A stretch of DNA of 64,000 nucleotides, taken from Rhodothermales bacterium. Its GTDB lineage: Bacteria > Bacteroidota > Rhodothermia > Rhodothermales > JABDKH01. The notes under the pieces are model-generated. The model searched no databases. It was not told the origin of the DNA and was given only the letters and a program-made list of their open reading frames with translations. The stretch is taken from the NCBI GenBank assembly GCA_013002165.1, contig JABDKO010000220.1, positions 14,954 through 78,953 on the forward strand. The letters are read 5' to 3'. The position numbers and the translations under genes were made by a program. Below, in pieces: positions 37,271-47,721 of the stretch (positions are counted from its first letter, which is position 1; every line of letters starts with the position of its first letter).

Positions 37271-39223
37271 TTAGCCGATTGCAGCTTCTATTTCTGTAGC
37301 AATTCGCTTTTTGAAGTCGTCCAGAGAAGAAGTCTCCTGTGCACCCTTACGGTGTTCACGAACTGCGACCGTGCTTGTTTCAACCTCTTGCTGCCCGACA
37401 ACGAGCATATATGGAATTTTCTGGGTCTCTGCACCGCGAATCTTGTACCCTACTTTTTCGCGTCTGTCATCTACCTCTACGCGATAACCACTCGCTCTGA
37501 GCTCTGTTGCTACCTCTTTGGCGTAGTCGAGAAACAAGTCGGAAACTGGAATAATCGCCACCTGCACGGGTGCAAGCCAGGTTTTGAAGTGACCGCCACA
37601 ATGCTCAATCAGGACACCCATGAATCTTTCAAGCGACCCGAACGGTGCCCGGTGAATCATGACCGGACGGTGTTTCTGGTTGTCTTCACCTGTGTACCAT
37701 AGGTCAAAACGCTCGGGAAGATTATAATCCTGCTGGACCGTTCCCAGTTGCCACTCGCGACCCAGTGCGTCTCTCACCATAAAGTCGAGCTTCGGGCCGT
37801 AAAACGCTGCCTCTCCCTCGACTTCGGTGTACTCAAGTCCCATTTCGAGGACGGAATCGCGTATCGATTGTTCAGCTTCGTCCCAGGTTGCCGGGTCGCC
37901 GACGTACTTGTCCGGGTCGTTGCGATCCCTGACGGAAACTTGCAGACGATAGTCTTCGAAGTCGAGTGCCTTCAGCACCTTGAGTGTAAGTTCGATAGCG
38001 TCCTTGAATTCAGCTTTGACCTGATCAGGTCGGCAAAAGATGTGTGCGTCATCCACGGTGAAGCCACGCACGCGGGTCAGGCCACCGAGTTCACCGGACT
38101 GCTCGTAACGGTAGACATTTCCGAACTCCGCAAGTCGGACCGGAAGCTCGCGGTACGACCTCGGCTTGTCATCATAAATCTGAATATGATGAGGGCAGTT
38201 CATGGGTTTCAGGAGATACCCCTGGTCCTCGTCGTCATCCTCCATCATGGGCGGGAACTGGCTATCGCTGTAATACGGATAGTGTCCGCTTATTTTGTAT
38301 AACTCGAGCCTGCCAATATGAGGTGTAATCACCGGTTGATATCCTCGCTTGAGCTGCTCCTGCTTGAGAAAGCTCTCCAGAGTGTCTCTGACAACCGTAC
38401 CTTTGGGCAACCAGAGAGGCAAGCCCGGTCCCACTTTCTGGCTGAAAGTGAATAACTCGAGTTCTTTGCCCAGTTTGCGGTGATCGCGCTCTTTGGCCAG
38501 GCGCACTCTTTCAAGGTATTCCTCCAGTTCGGCCTTCTTCGGAAAAGAGACACCGTAGATCCGTGTAAGCTGAGGCCGCTTTTCATCGCCGCGCCAGTAG
38601 GCGCCCGCAACGGTCAAAAGTTTTGGGTACTTGAGAACGCCGGTGGACGGTACATGTGGACCGCGGCAGAGGTCGGTGAAGTCGCCCTGCGTATAGAACG
38701 TAATGGTCCCGTCCTCAAGTTCATCAATGAGCTCGAGCTTGTATTCATCACCTTTTTCGTTGAAGTAGTCTGTCGCATCGGCCTTACTCACCTCCTTTCT
38801 TTCGAAAGTCGAATTAGCCTTTATAAGCTCCTTCATCCTGGCTTCGATAGCTTCGAGTTGCTCCGTGCCGATTTTCTCGTCTCCAAGATCCACATCGTAG
38901 TAGAAACCTGTTTCAATCGGGGGGCCGATGCCGAACTTGACATCCGGATAAAGCGATTGGAGGGCCTCGGCCATGACATGTGCGGTAGAATGCCAGAAGA
39001 CATTTTTTCCTGCATCATCACGCCAGGTCAAGATGCTTACAGAGGCGTCTGAGGTAAGGGGTCTGGATAAATCCCACACATCACCGTCAACGTCAACTGC
39101 CAGAGCCATCCGGGCAAGTCCGGACGATATGGAAGACGCAATTTCGGCACCCGTTATGCCGGACTGAAATGGCTTGACCGTCCCGTCGGGGAAGGTGATG
39201 TGTATTTCCTCGTTAGCGATAAT
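37271..39223 (-). CDS. thrS: Threonine--tRNA ligase; the true start is upstream of the ORF-track ATG (ATT 39223 or ATC 39220)
   Basis: HSTAHVM, DLCRGPH, RDHRKLG, KPMNCPHH and IHRAPFGS; the in-frame upstream extension IIANEEIHITFPDG... restores the TGS domain and is bounded by TGA at 39226-39224. Confidence 0.95.
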   Translation of the reverse strand: MIANEEIHITFPDGTVKPFQSGITGAEIASSISSGLARMALAVDVDGDVWDLSRPLTSDASVSILTWRDDAGKNVFWHSTAHVMAEALQSLYPDVKFGIGPPIETGFYYDVDLGDEKIGTEQLEAIEARMKELIKANSTFERKEVSKADATDYFNEKGDEYKLELIDELEDGTITFYTQGDFTDLCRGPHVPSTGVLKYPKLLTVAGAYWRGDEKRPQLTRIYGVSFPKKAELEEYLERVRLAKERDHRKLGKELELFTFSQKVGPGLPLWLPKGTVVRDTLESFLKQEQLKRGYQPVITPHIGRLELYKISGHYPYYSDSQFPPMMEDDDEDQGYLLKPMNCPHHIQIYDDKPRSYRELPVRLAEFGNVYRYEQSGELGGLTRVRGFTVDDAHIFCRPDQVKAEFKDAIELTLKVLKALDFEDYRLQVSVRDRNDPDKYVGDPATWDEAEQSIRDSVLEMGLEYTEVEGEAAFYGPKLDFMVRDALGREWQLGTVQQDYNLPERFDLWYTGEDNQKHRPVMIHRAPFGSLERFMGVLIEHCGGHFKTWLAPVQVAIIPVSDLFLDYAKEVATELRASGYRVEVDDRREKVGYKIRGAETQKIPYMLVVGQQEVETSTVAVREHRKGAQETSSLDDFKKRIATEIEAAIG

Positions 39224-39292
39224 TCAAGCGAGTTTTAAACGTGATTACAAACAATGAGCGCCCCAACTATGTGGAGCGCGCAATTGTGAGAG

Positions 39293-39366
<74 letters not shown>

Positions 39367-39376
39367 GAAAGGCCGA

Positions 39377-39384
39377 CAAATATA
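39377..39384 (-). promoter_or_regulatory. Bacteroidota-type -7 promoter element for tRNA-Val/thrS
   Basis: TATATTTG 10 nt upstream of the tRNA 5' end, with TTGGCA further upstream. Confidence 0.65.
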
Positions 39385-39675
39385 TCGATTTGTAGGTGCC
39401 AATGCCAAGTTGGGTACTCTCTTGGAACGCTCTTGAACCCCCTTTACAGCAAACAGATTCATTCCTACCGCCAAATTCAAATTTTGTGTTAGCAGCTTAA
39501 ATCGATGACACTGCTCGACGATACCGATAATCGGTTAAAGGTGAACATCAGAATGACGTACGACCTCTTTGTTTCAGGTAATCCAAGTCAGGGAATAAAA
39601 ACCCCTGACCAGACTGGTAATAACGGTGAAGCCAGACTAGGCTCGCCAATACCTGTGCTTCGACGTTTTCCTCCG

Positions 39676-39951
39676 ATGTTGCAGTTCCTGACAATTAACT
39701 CGACTCCTGTAGACAAACAACTCGAAGGTATCGCCGTCCAGGCCTTTCGCAACGGCAGCGACCTTGAGGAAATCTGTTCGGAGATCTACAACTTCGCGAT
39801 GTCGCTCGGTTATAAAGCCACCATCGGAATGCAGGAAGTGTACTGCTCGGATATGCCTTCATTTCCAAATCAGACTCTTATGACGGCGCTACTGATGATT
39901 GATCTGCAGCCATTGCAGGAGACCGGCCTGGGGTATACGCGGGCGGGGTAG
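39676..39951 (+). CDS. Hypothetical protein (start uncertain; ORF open from 39505)
   Basis: Globular-looking 91-aa product filling the gap between the tRNA and the nitroreductase; no recognisable motif. Confidence 0.5.
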   Translation: MLQFLTINSTPVDKQLEGIAVQAFRNGSDLEEICSEIYNFAMSLGYKATIGMQEVYCSDMPSFPNQTLMTALLMIDLQPLQETGLGYTRAG

Positions 39952-40052
39952 GACTGCTGTTCTAGAATCATCTGCGAAGCGTGCAGGTAACCCCGGTGTC
40001 CCCGGCGAATCTTTGTTAACTTCGGGTTTTCGGTATTGCCAGCCTGTGACCT

Positions 40053-40616
40053 ATGACCCCGGACGAGAACTACCTTTCCTACATTATCCGATCGCGACGG
40101 ACGATTCATTCCTTTACTCCGGACAAGGTCCCTGACGAGGTCGTCTACTCTGCCATAGAATGTGCCAGATGGGCACCAAACCATAAATTGACAGAGCCAT
40201 GGAGAGTTATCCTCGTTGGCGACACTACGGCACGGAAGATTGTCGATTTGAACACCCGGCTGGTTAAAGAGAAACGAGGAAAAAAATCCGCGGAGGCAAA
40301 GCGGGAGAGGTGGAAACGCGTTCCCAACTGGATTGCGATCACCAGCACGATATCAGATGACTCGGTCCGCACGAGGGAAGATTACGCGGCGACGTGTTGC
40401 TTCATCCAGAACCTGACGTTGTACCTCTGGTCAAAGGGGATCGGGGCAAAATGGACGACCGGCGCCGTAACCCGATATGATGACGTTTACGAGCTGATCG
40501 GGGTTGATCCGCAGAAAGAGGATCTGGTTGGCCTTCTCTGGTACGGCTATCCGGCAGGAGAGCCACAGTCGTCACAACGGAAACCCGTTGCCGGAATAAC
40601 ACGTCAGGTAGACTGA
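40053..40616 (+). CDS. Nitroreductase family protein (YdjA/YfhC-like)
   Basis: IRSRRTI...WAPNHKLTEPW...QNLTL...GIGAKWTTG...GYP. Confidence 0.9.
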   Translation: MTPDENYLSYIIRSRRTIHSFTPDKVPDEVVYSAIECARWAPNHKLTEPWRVILVGDTTARKIVDLNTRLVKEKRGKKSAEAKRERWKRVPNWIAITSTISDDSVRTREDYAATCCFIQNLTLYLWSKGIGAKWTTGAVTRYDDVYELIGVDPQKEDLVGLLWYGYPAGEPQSSQRKPVAGITRQVD

Positions 40617-40636
40617 GTTTGCTCCGACTGGAGCGA

Positions 40637-41299
40637 TCAGAATCGAGCGTCTATCCTGATAGCCGGAGAGCCATCGAGTACCGTCGCGGACATTGATACA
40701 GGATTCGAGTTATGCCTGCGGACTGCAAGCATCGATGTGATTCCCGAAAATGCGCGGTTTGCAACCAGAACAGCTACAAGCACCGAGCGCCGCCGCTCGA
40801 GTGATTCCGTCCGCTCTCGAAGTCGTCTGTACGCGGCGAAATCTTCGTCGGTCTCCCATGCCCATTGAAACGATGCGTCAGACACGTAGTCGATCTGGTC
40901 CCAGGCGCGATTCCGCAGTGCGGATTCCAGGAAAGAATCCGACGATGAGTATGTCGCCAGGTTAAGAAAGAATTGCCTGTCCTTGCCTTCGACATCTGCC
41001 GCAGCCCTGGACGCTGCAAGCACTGTGTAGCTGTCGATAGACTGGTTGCGCCGCCAGGAGGACTCCGTTATTCCAAGCCATGTAGTGACGTCAGCCATGA
41101 CAAGAAAAGAAGCTCGAGTGTTCCAGCGTGAGTCGTTCACGTACCGATGTCCAAGCCCCGGAAGTACGATACTCAGCAAGGCTGCCTTCCCGGCAGACTT
41201 CGACTCCCGTGCCTGGGCGGATACGTCGAACTGGCTGAACGAGGTAAGGACAAAGACGAGTATGACAATTCTACTAAAAGCGAACACTTGCACGGACAT
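40637..41299 (-). CDS. Secreted/membrane hypothetical protein (DUF5683-like N-terminal motif)
   Basis: Signal peptide; KAALLSIVLPGLGHRY; C-terminal Phe. Confidence 0.65.
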   Translation of the reverse strand: MSVQVFAFSRIVILVFVLTSFSQFDVSAQARESKSAGKAALLSIVLPGLGHRYVNDSRWNTRASFLVMADVTTWLGITESSWRRNQSIDSYTVLAASRAAADVEGKDRQFFLNLATYSSSDSFLESALRNRAWDQIDYVSDASFQWAWETDEDFAAYRRLRERTESLERRRSVLVAVLVANRAFSGITSMLAVRRHNSNPVSMSATVLDGSPAIRIDARF

Positions 41300-43754
41300 T
41301 TATGGTTCGTGGCGTAAGTCGTGTCGGTATTCGATTCCAGAGCCCCTGACTGTCCGGTACCCAGTAATATGAAATCGTATTTACCTGATCGAAAACATTG
41401 AGCAGTTCACCGGTGAGTTCAAGAACAACGGGGAGGCCCGAGAAACCATTCTGGAACACAGTCACGTCACGCGAGGCACCGATATCGAATCTGAAATATA
41501 CGGGATAACGAGCCGAAAGCCGGTCGCCCGGTATTTGTGTTAGCAGACTTCCAACCTGCTCGCCGGGGACAGGTGGTGTGTACGGAAGACCACTACCGAA
41601 GAGCGTCCTCATGTGGATTTTCCAATTCGGGTCGTTTGGGATGTAGTCCTGTATGAAGATCGAAACGGTATGCCTCTGATCCGTCGGTCGCGGATTTGAG
41701 CCCGTAGTGAACTCGTCCTGGAACCCCGGAAGGAAAGACTCGGTGGCATGCAGGTATCCATAATTTATCCAGCTCTCAAGGCCGGGTACAAGCTCACCGC
41801 GGACCTGCACGTCAAGACCGTACATCGTTCCCTTCGCATCATTCACTCCTGAATATTCCACCCGAACATTGTCGATGTCGTACGAGATCAGATTGCTAAC
41901 CCTTTTCAGATAGGCTTCCGTTCGCAACGTGAGCCGCTTCTCTGTAAAGAAGTGTTCAAGTCCCGCAACAAACTGAAGTGACCTTTGCGATTTCAGGTCC
42001 CGATTCAGGCTGCCGAGAATAGTTTCACCAGGATCGGGCTTGCCCCGTAGCTCTCTGTAAACCGGCGTCTGGTGATACACTCCGGCGCTGCCGAAAAACG
42101 ACGTGACCGAAGACTGCTGGAACCGCATCGACAGACGAGGTGATACGGTAAATTCATTACTGAACGAATAGTAGTCACCGCGAAGGCCTCCAGAAATCAG
42201 GAGCCGCCCGGGACTTGATGCAAGGGCATCAAAGTCGTTGTGCAGATAAAAACCAAATTGCTCCTCGGAAAAGGATGCGCTGTCAATGAGGCTGTCGGCC
42301 ACAATTCGAATAGTACCGCCTTCGGTCGACGGTCCTGTCACGACCGACTTTTCATTAATCCTGTCAGTGAACTCGAGCCTGCGGGCATACCATCCCACCT
42401 CCGGTATCGTTCGACCGAGATTCAAGCGGTATGCTCCATTGGCCGTTGTTGATCGAACATCGATTCGATTATCTGCGGTTTCCTCCTGAGACGACGTGCC
42501 TGCCTCAAGCAGCCCTTCTCCGGTATCCGGATCGCCACTGCCCGGATTAACCTGAAACAGAACAGCGGTTCCGCTAATTTCAAACCGCTCTTCCTCACTG
42601 GTGTCGAATATCGAGACATCATGTGTGACGGTAATCCTGTCGTCGATGGTGTTTACCAATCGGGCGCCTGCAAATGACGTTTGATAACCGTCTATTTCGA
42701 AATTGTCCGGGTCAAACGTAGTCCAGAGTGATTTCAGGTTGGAAGGTGCGATGCGTGGATCCTGACTGACGGTACCAAAGAACGTCTTTCTGGTGTTGGG
42801 GTCGAGGGTGAACTCGTGCTCCGCGTACATACCCAGTAGTTCAAGCTGCGTCGATCGAGTTATCGATACATTGATACCAAGCTGAACATCTGTGAAGTTC
42901 GGATCATACGTTCCTTTTAATTCCTGCGTCGCAAAGAAACGTCGCGCCCGTGCGCGCCGGGCTCCACCAACCACGCTTACTCGTCCATTCGGGGACGCCG
43001 TCTTGATTGCCACGCCTGCATCAAGGAGGGATGAGTAAGCCTTGCCTGAAATGGTTCCCGGCTGAGGATCGGTGTACTGTACGTCCAGTGCAGAAGATAA
43101 CTTTCCTCCGTAGCGAACAGGAAACCCGCCCGTGTAAAACGTAAGCGACTCCGTCAGATCCGGATTAAGCAGACTGAGTCCTTCTTGCTCGCCCTGGCGA
43201 GGACGGAAAGGGAGGTAGACCTCGAAGCCGTTTACAAAGAGGAGATTTTCGTTAAAGCCGCCACCGCGGACGGAGTATTGATTCGACAATTCATTGTTTG
43301 TCGCAACACCCGGTATGACTTTGAGCGACCGAAGGACGTCCTTCATCGGGGCAGGAATCGATTCAATTGTCTCGGCATCTAGCTGAAATACACCTGCGGC
43401 AATAGCCTGCCTGGAACCCTCAATGGTGATTTCATCCAGACCTACAGTCGCCGGGCTAAGCACAACAAGCTGTTCAGTAGCCTCGTCTCTAAAAACGATG
43501 GCAGAGTCCGCTACAGATTCGTAGCCGACTGCACTGAAACGGATTAAGTACCGGCCGGCGGGAATGCGCATCAGGAACGAACCATCATCTCGCGAGGCGG
43601 TCCCGTAATTTGTCCCGGCTACAACTACCGTGACTCCTGGAATAGTTTCAAGGGTTGCCTGGTCGCGAATCTCTCCGCGAATTTCGCCCCAGCTCTGCGC
43701 ACTGGCGACTGAAGGCAAAAGGAAAACAACGAGGAGTAACGGGATAAACCGCAT
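41274..43754 (-). CDS. TonB-dependent receptor with N-terminal CarboxypepD_reg-like domain
   Basis: Signal peptide from ATG 43754; plug motifs YSVRGG...EN and GGFPVRYGGKLSS; LLNVFD; C-terminal Phe. Confidence 0.9.
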   Translation of the reverse strand: MRFIPLLLVVFLLPSVASAQSWGEIRGEIRDQATLETIPGVTVVVAGTNYGTASRDDGSFLMRIPAGRYLIRFSAVGYESVADSAIVFRDEATEQLVVLSPATVGLDEITIEGSRQAIAAGVFQLDAETIESIPAPMKDVLRSLKVIPGVATNNELSNQYSVRGGGFNENLLFVNGFEVYLPFRPRQGEQEGLSLLNPDLTESLTFYTGGFPVRYGGKLSSALDVQYTDPQPGTISGKAYSSLLDAGVAIKTASPNGRVSVVGGARRARARRFFATQELKGTYDPNFTDVQLGINVSITRSTQLELLGMYAEHEFTLDPNTRKTFFGTVSQDPRIAPSNLKSLWTTFDPDNFEIDGYQTSFAGARLVNTIDDRITVTHDVSIFDTSEEERFEISGTAVLFQVNPGSGDPDTGEGLLEAGTSSQEETADNRIDVRSTTANGAYRLNLGRTIPEVGWYARRLEFTDRINEKSVVTGPSTEGGTIRIVADSLIDSASFSEEQFGFYLHNDFDALASSPGRLLISGGLRGDYYSFSNEFTVSPRLSMRFQQSSVTSFFGSAGVYHQTPVYRELRGKPDPGETILGSLNRDLKSQRSLQFVAGLEHFFTEKRLTLRTEAYLKRVSNLISYDIDNVRVEYSGVNDAKGTMYGLDVQVRGELVPGLESWINYGYLHATESFLPGFQDEFTTGSNPRPTDQRHTVSIFIQDYIPNDPNWKIHMRTLFGSGLPYTPPVPGEQVGSLLTQIPGDRLSARYPVYFRFDIGASRDVTVFQNGFSGLPVVLELTGELLNVFDQVNTISYYWVPDSQGLWNRIPTRLTPRTINVRASVRF

Positions 43755-43875
43755 CGAATGAGTTAGTCGGTAACTAAAGAATGATTCGGTAGCGATTTTT
43801 ATCGATATGGCAATCGTTAGCGATTGATTGGATGGCGGACTGTTACTCTGACTTTTGTAGCTCGTTCCGGCAGCC

Positions 43876-44553
43876 TCAGGTAAATAATGGTGACAATGCC
43901 AGCAACTCAAGCGGTGGTAGAACGAGACCGAAGGCTGTGCCCCATGCCAGCTCTACTTCTGTATGCGCTTTCAATCGGGTTCGTGCCCACCACAGAACAG
44001 GTATGAAAAGGGCGCATGCGATCGCAATGGAAAGCAGCATGGTACCCTTACCAGTCAATATCGGCATTGCGCCATATCGCATAAAGAACAGAATAGCGGC
44101 TGTTCCTGCAATGGATGCCATATGCAGCGATATTTTGAATCGCAGATTGATAAGCAGCAGCCCGATATTGTTGATCAGGTATACGATCATCAGGCATACC
44201 ATGAGAGGCTTTAGTGCTGACTCCCATCTCAAAAAAAACAGTAACGCCGCAATGTTGGCAATGACAGATACAGTAAAGGGAATCGTGCGGGACGTACGAT
44301 CTCGAAGTTCAATGGTAACGTTTTTTCGCGATTGGACGACCAGCAGCATCACACCAAACGGAATCAGTGCAAAGCACACGGTAACAACGATGACTGCCGT
44401 GATGGTCGATGACAATGGATTCCCCATTGCTGACAGTGTCACAAACGTAGTAATTGGTGGAAGGATGAGCGGGTTCACCACAAGCGTTAACAGATAAGCA
44501 AGCCGTTCACTAACGGGGCCACTTGAAAGATCTGGTGCTGCTGAATCCGTCAC
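43876..44553 (-). CDS. Integral membrane protein, PAP2-like
   Basis: About 7 TM segments; KISLHM and WARTRLKAHT motifs; GTG 44553 just after the proS stop. Confidence 0.7.
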   Translation of the reverse strand: MTDSAAPDLSSGPVSERLAYLLTLVVNPLILPPITTFVTLSAMGNPLSSTITAVIVVTVCFALIPFGVMLLVVQSRKNVTIELRDRTSRTIPFTVSVIANIAALLFFLRWESALKPLMVCLMIVYLINNIGLLLINLRFKISLHMASIAGTAAILFFMRYGAMPILTGKGTMLLSIAIACALFIPVLWWARTRLKAHTEVELAWGTAFGLVLPPLELLALSPLFT

Positions 44554-44557
44554 AGTC

Positions 44558-46033
44558 CTAGTACGCCTTCGCGTAGATAACCTTTTGTGCCGACGGTTTT
44601 CCTGAAAAAGGATCGACCCCTTCTTCCATCGGCTCGCCGATCGGAACACAACGGATTGTCGCTCCCGTTTGCTCTTTTACAAGGGCCTCGGTTTCATCTG
44701 TTCCGTCCCAGTGAGCCCGAATGAAGCCACCTCTGGATTCCAGGATGTCGACAAATTCAGCTTGATCGTTCGCATCACTTGTCATCGACGTCCTGAAAGA
44801 CACCGCAGATTCGAACATCCGCGTCTGCATCGTTTCGAGTTCACCTACGATTAGTTCAGTAATACCATCCAGGGAGACAACCGATTTGTCCCGAGTATCC
44901 CGTCTGGCAAGTTCCACCGAGTTATTTGCGAGATCCCTTGGACCAATTGCAATTCGAAGCGGCACTCCCTGCAACTCATACTCGTTGAATTTCCAGCCGG
45001 GCCGATATTGCTCGCGATCATCAAGTTTTACCCGCACACCGGCAGAGCCAAGACTCTCCTTGATTTCAGTAGATCTGGTAAGAACATTCTGGCGGTCTTC
45101 TTCCGACCGGTAAATAGGTACAATCACAACCTGGGTTGGAGCCAGACGCGGAGGGACTACAAGTCCCTGATCGTCGGAGTGTGCCATTACGAGGGCACCA
45201 ACGAGTCGGGTCGAGACGCCCCAGGAGGTCGCCCAGACATATTCGAGTTCATTGTTCTTGTTCTGGAACTGACAATCAAATGCTTTTGCGAAGTTTTGTC
45301 CCAGGAAATGACTGGTCCCGGCTTGCAAAGCTTTGCCATCCTGCATAAGCGCTTCGATGCAATATGTATCAACGGCACCGGCAAACCTTTCGGACGGCGT
45401 TTTGACTCCTTTGATTACAGGCAGCGCCATGTACTCCTCAGCAAAAGTTGCGTAGACATCAAGCATTTGCTTCGTTTCTGCAACTGCTTCTTCCCTCGTT
45501 GCATGTGCAGTGTGTCCTTCCTGCCAGAGGAATTCGGATGTACGCAAGAAAAGTCGTGTCCTCATCTCCCAGCGAACAACATTCCCCCATTGATTCAGCA
45601 GGATGGGTAGGTCGCGCCACGACTGTATCCAGTTCGAGAAAGAATCCCATATGATTGTCTCGCTTGTCGGTCTGATGACAAGGTTTTCTTCGAGCCTGGA
45701 ATCCGGAGCGGGTTCGACACCATTGCCCGCCTCATTGACCTGAAGGCGCGAGTGCGTAACGATCGCACACTCTTTGGCAAACCCCTCGACGTGTGCTGCT
45801 TCCCTCGCAAGAAATGACTCGGGAATCAGGAGTGGGAAATATGCATTTTCATGACCAGTCTCTTTGAACATGCGGTCCAACTCAGACTGCATATTCTCCC
45901 AGATGGCATAACCGTTTGGCCGGATGATCATGCTGCCGCGAACTGGCGAGTAATCAGCCAGCTTCGCCTTTCGCACAATGTCGATGTACCACTTGGAGAA
46001 ATCCTCCGATCGCGCTGTGATGGCTTCAGCCAT
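44558..46033 (-). CDS. proS: Proline--tRNA ligase (archaeal/eukaryotic type)
   Basis: [40 protein letters not shown] and C-terminal AKAY. Confidence 0.98.
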   Translation of the reverse strand: MAEAITARSEDFSKWYIDIVRKAKLADYSPVRGSMIIRPNGYAIWENMQSELDRMFKETGHENAYFPLLIPESFLAREAAHVEGFAKECAIVTHSRLQVNEAGNGVEPAPDSRLEENLVIRPTSETIIWDSFSNWIQSWRDLPILLNQWGNVVRWEMRTRLFLRTSEFLWQEGHTAHATREEAVAETKQMLDVYATFAEEYMALPVIKGVKTPSERFAGAVDTYCIEALMQDGKALQAGTSHFLGQNFAKAFDCQFQNKNNELEYVWATSWGVSTRLVGALVMAHSDDQGLVVPPRLAPTQVVIVPIYRSEEDRQNVLTRSTEIKESLGSAGVRVKLDDREQYRPGWKFNEYELQGVPLRIAIGPRDLANNSVELARRDTRDKSVVSLDGITELIVGELETMQTRMFESAVSFRTSMTSDANDQAEFVDILESRGGFIRAHWDGTDETEALVKEQTGATIRCVPIGEPMEEGVDPFSGKPSAQKVIYAKAY

Positions 46034-46271
46034 TGTATACTTTTTGGGTCAGGTTGGACGGGCTGAAATCAGAAAACGGCTTTCAAGGGTCACGAAACGA
46101 CGCTTTCAATGTCGGCCCGATATTTGTATATAGATAGAGCAGTCGGCGGGATGAAGCTATATGGTGCCACTCGCCACTGGATAGCTCGAAAATATACCGA
46201 GCGACAGGGCATTCAACGTGGAATGTCTGACGAATTACTGAAGCGGTACTCTTAACTCACGGTTGGCAGCA

Positions 46272-47621
46272 ATGAATTCCAACAGCTACAACTCCCGAAA
46301 CAGCAAACTCGTACCGATCCTGATACCCGTGGTCTTGCTGGTTTTTTCAGGATGCTATACTCAACTCGCCGTCGTTGACGACAGGCCGATACCCACACGA
46401 GTAGAAATAGTCGAGACGGAAGACGGCACTATTGTAGAGCGCGAGTACTACGAGGACGACTATTACGAAGATGACTACTACTACCAGGAAACACTCCCGT
46501 ATAGTTACCGCAGATATTTCGGTCTTTACTACGACGATCCGTTCTATTTCTCATATGCCGATCCGTACTACGGGCGATATCATTTCTATGACCCCTACTT
46601 CTACGATCCATTTCACTACGACCCGTATTACTACGGTTCGAGCCTCTATTTCGGATTTACATTTGGCAGACCGTACTGGTATCGACCGTACAACTACGGC
46701 TACGGCTACGGGTATGGCTACAACAACCGCTACTACACGCACGGGTACGGCGGATATGGTGGATACGGATACGGCTATTCGCCATACTACTATGACTACC
46801 ATCCCGACCGTCGAATCGCGCGACGCGGCACATACGAGCCCCGCGGATCATCGATTGGTCGTGGCGGAATAACCCGCGGCGCAACAGTTCGGGGTTCCGG
46901 ACGAGGGGGCAGCTCGGCTACTGCCGGGTCAGGAGATGTTGTATACCCTTCTTCGCGAACAGTCGTGCGCGGCGGAAGCTCATCAGCGGGATCCGGCACA
47001 TCGACAAGAACAGGGCGCTCTACTACAGGTTCAGCCGAGGGCGTTACTCGCTCGGGCGGGTCTAATACTGAAGGAACACTCGGCAGGTCAACGTACCGCG
47101 GAAGAACTGACAGGACGCGGAGTACTGACGGATATACGCGTGGGTCGTCTTCAGATGCCACGCGCTCATCGACTACGCGCGGATCGTCAACGCGAGGTAC
47201 CACGACACGAAGTTCGTCAGGCTCGACAGGATCCTCAAGTGGATCGTCGACCCGATCATCCAGCGGATCGTCGCGATCATCGTCTGGTACGACTACACGA
47301 AGCTCGTCAGGGTCGAGCACCAGGTCTTCGAGTGGAACACGAACGCGTTCATCAAGCGGATCCTCAACACGCGGTACGACGACACGAAGCTCGTCAGGTT
47401 CGAGTACAAGGTCATCCAGCGGAACGAGGACGCGCTCTTCGAGCGGCTCATCGCGCACGTCGTCAGGTGCATCAACACGATCAAGTAGCGGCAGCAGGAG
47501 TTCGTCGCGCGCAACGACATCTTCGTCCCGCAGGTCGGGTTCGTCCGCGAGTAGTTCAAGATCGTCTCGAAGCTCCGGCAAGTCGAGCTCCCGAAGTTCG
47601 CGCAAGAATAATCAAGATTAA
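46272..47621 (+). CDS. Lipoprotein with a Tyr/Asp/Gly-rich block and a long Ser/Arg/Thr/Gly low-complexity tail
   Basis: Lipobox FSGC; YDPY-type repeats; GYGYGY; TRSSSGSS repeats; the synonymous-only divergence between repeats supports coding. Confidence 0.85.
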   Translation: MNSNSYNSRNSKLVPILIPVVLLVFSGCYTQLAVVDDRPIPTRVEIVETEDGTIVEREYYEDDYYEDDYYYQETLPYSYRRYFGLYYDDPFYFSYADPYYGRYHFYDPYFYDPFHYDPYYYGSSLYFGFTFGRPYWYRPYNYGYGYGYGYNNRYYTHGYGGYGGYGYGYSPYYYDYHPDRRIARRGTYEPRGSSIGRGGITRGATVRGSGRGGSSATAGSGDVVYPSSRTVVRGGSSSAGSGTSTRTGRSTTGSAEGVTRSGGSNTEGTLGRSTYRGRTDRTRSTDGYTRGSSSDATRSSTTRGSSTRGTTTRSSSGSTGSSSGSSTRSSSGSSRSSSGTTTRSSSGSSTRSSSGTRTRSSSGSSTRGTTTRSSSGSSTRSSSGTRTRSSSGSSRTSSGASTRSSSGSRSSSRATTSSSRRSGSSASSSRSSRSSGKSSSRSSRKNNQD

Positions 47622-47654
47622 ATCCAGCGTTATAAGTTCATTTTTTAATGTTTC

Positions 47655-47683
47655 AAGGCCCGTGTGGGCACCATGCGGGCCTT
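47655..47683 (+). other. Intercistronic GC-rich hairpin
   Basis: aaggcccgtgtgg-gca-ccatgcgggcctt between the lipoprotein and barrel genes. Confidence 0.55.
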
Positions 47684-47721
47684 TCCTATGTCCAATCATC
47701 ACTGATTGATGCAAGATTGTC

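Noticed and set aside
43755-43910. Apparent CWHCH heme motif at the start of the TonB-dependent receptor ORF
   Set aside because: It lies in an upstream extension overlapping the neighbouring gene and before the signal peptide that starts at 43754, so it is unlikely to be translated
46796-47709. Long overlapping ORFs (46796..47605 minus; 46936..47709 plus)
   Set aside because: Shadow frames created by the stop-poor Ser/Arg/Thr/Gly codon composition; synonymous divergence points to the 46272 frame as the coding one
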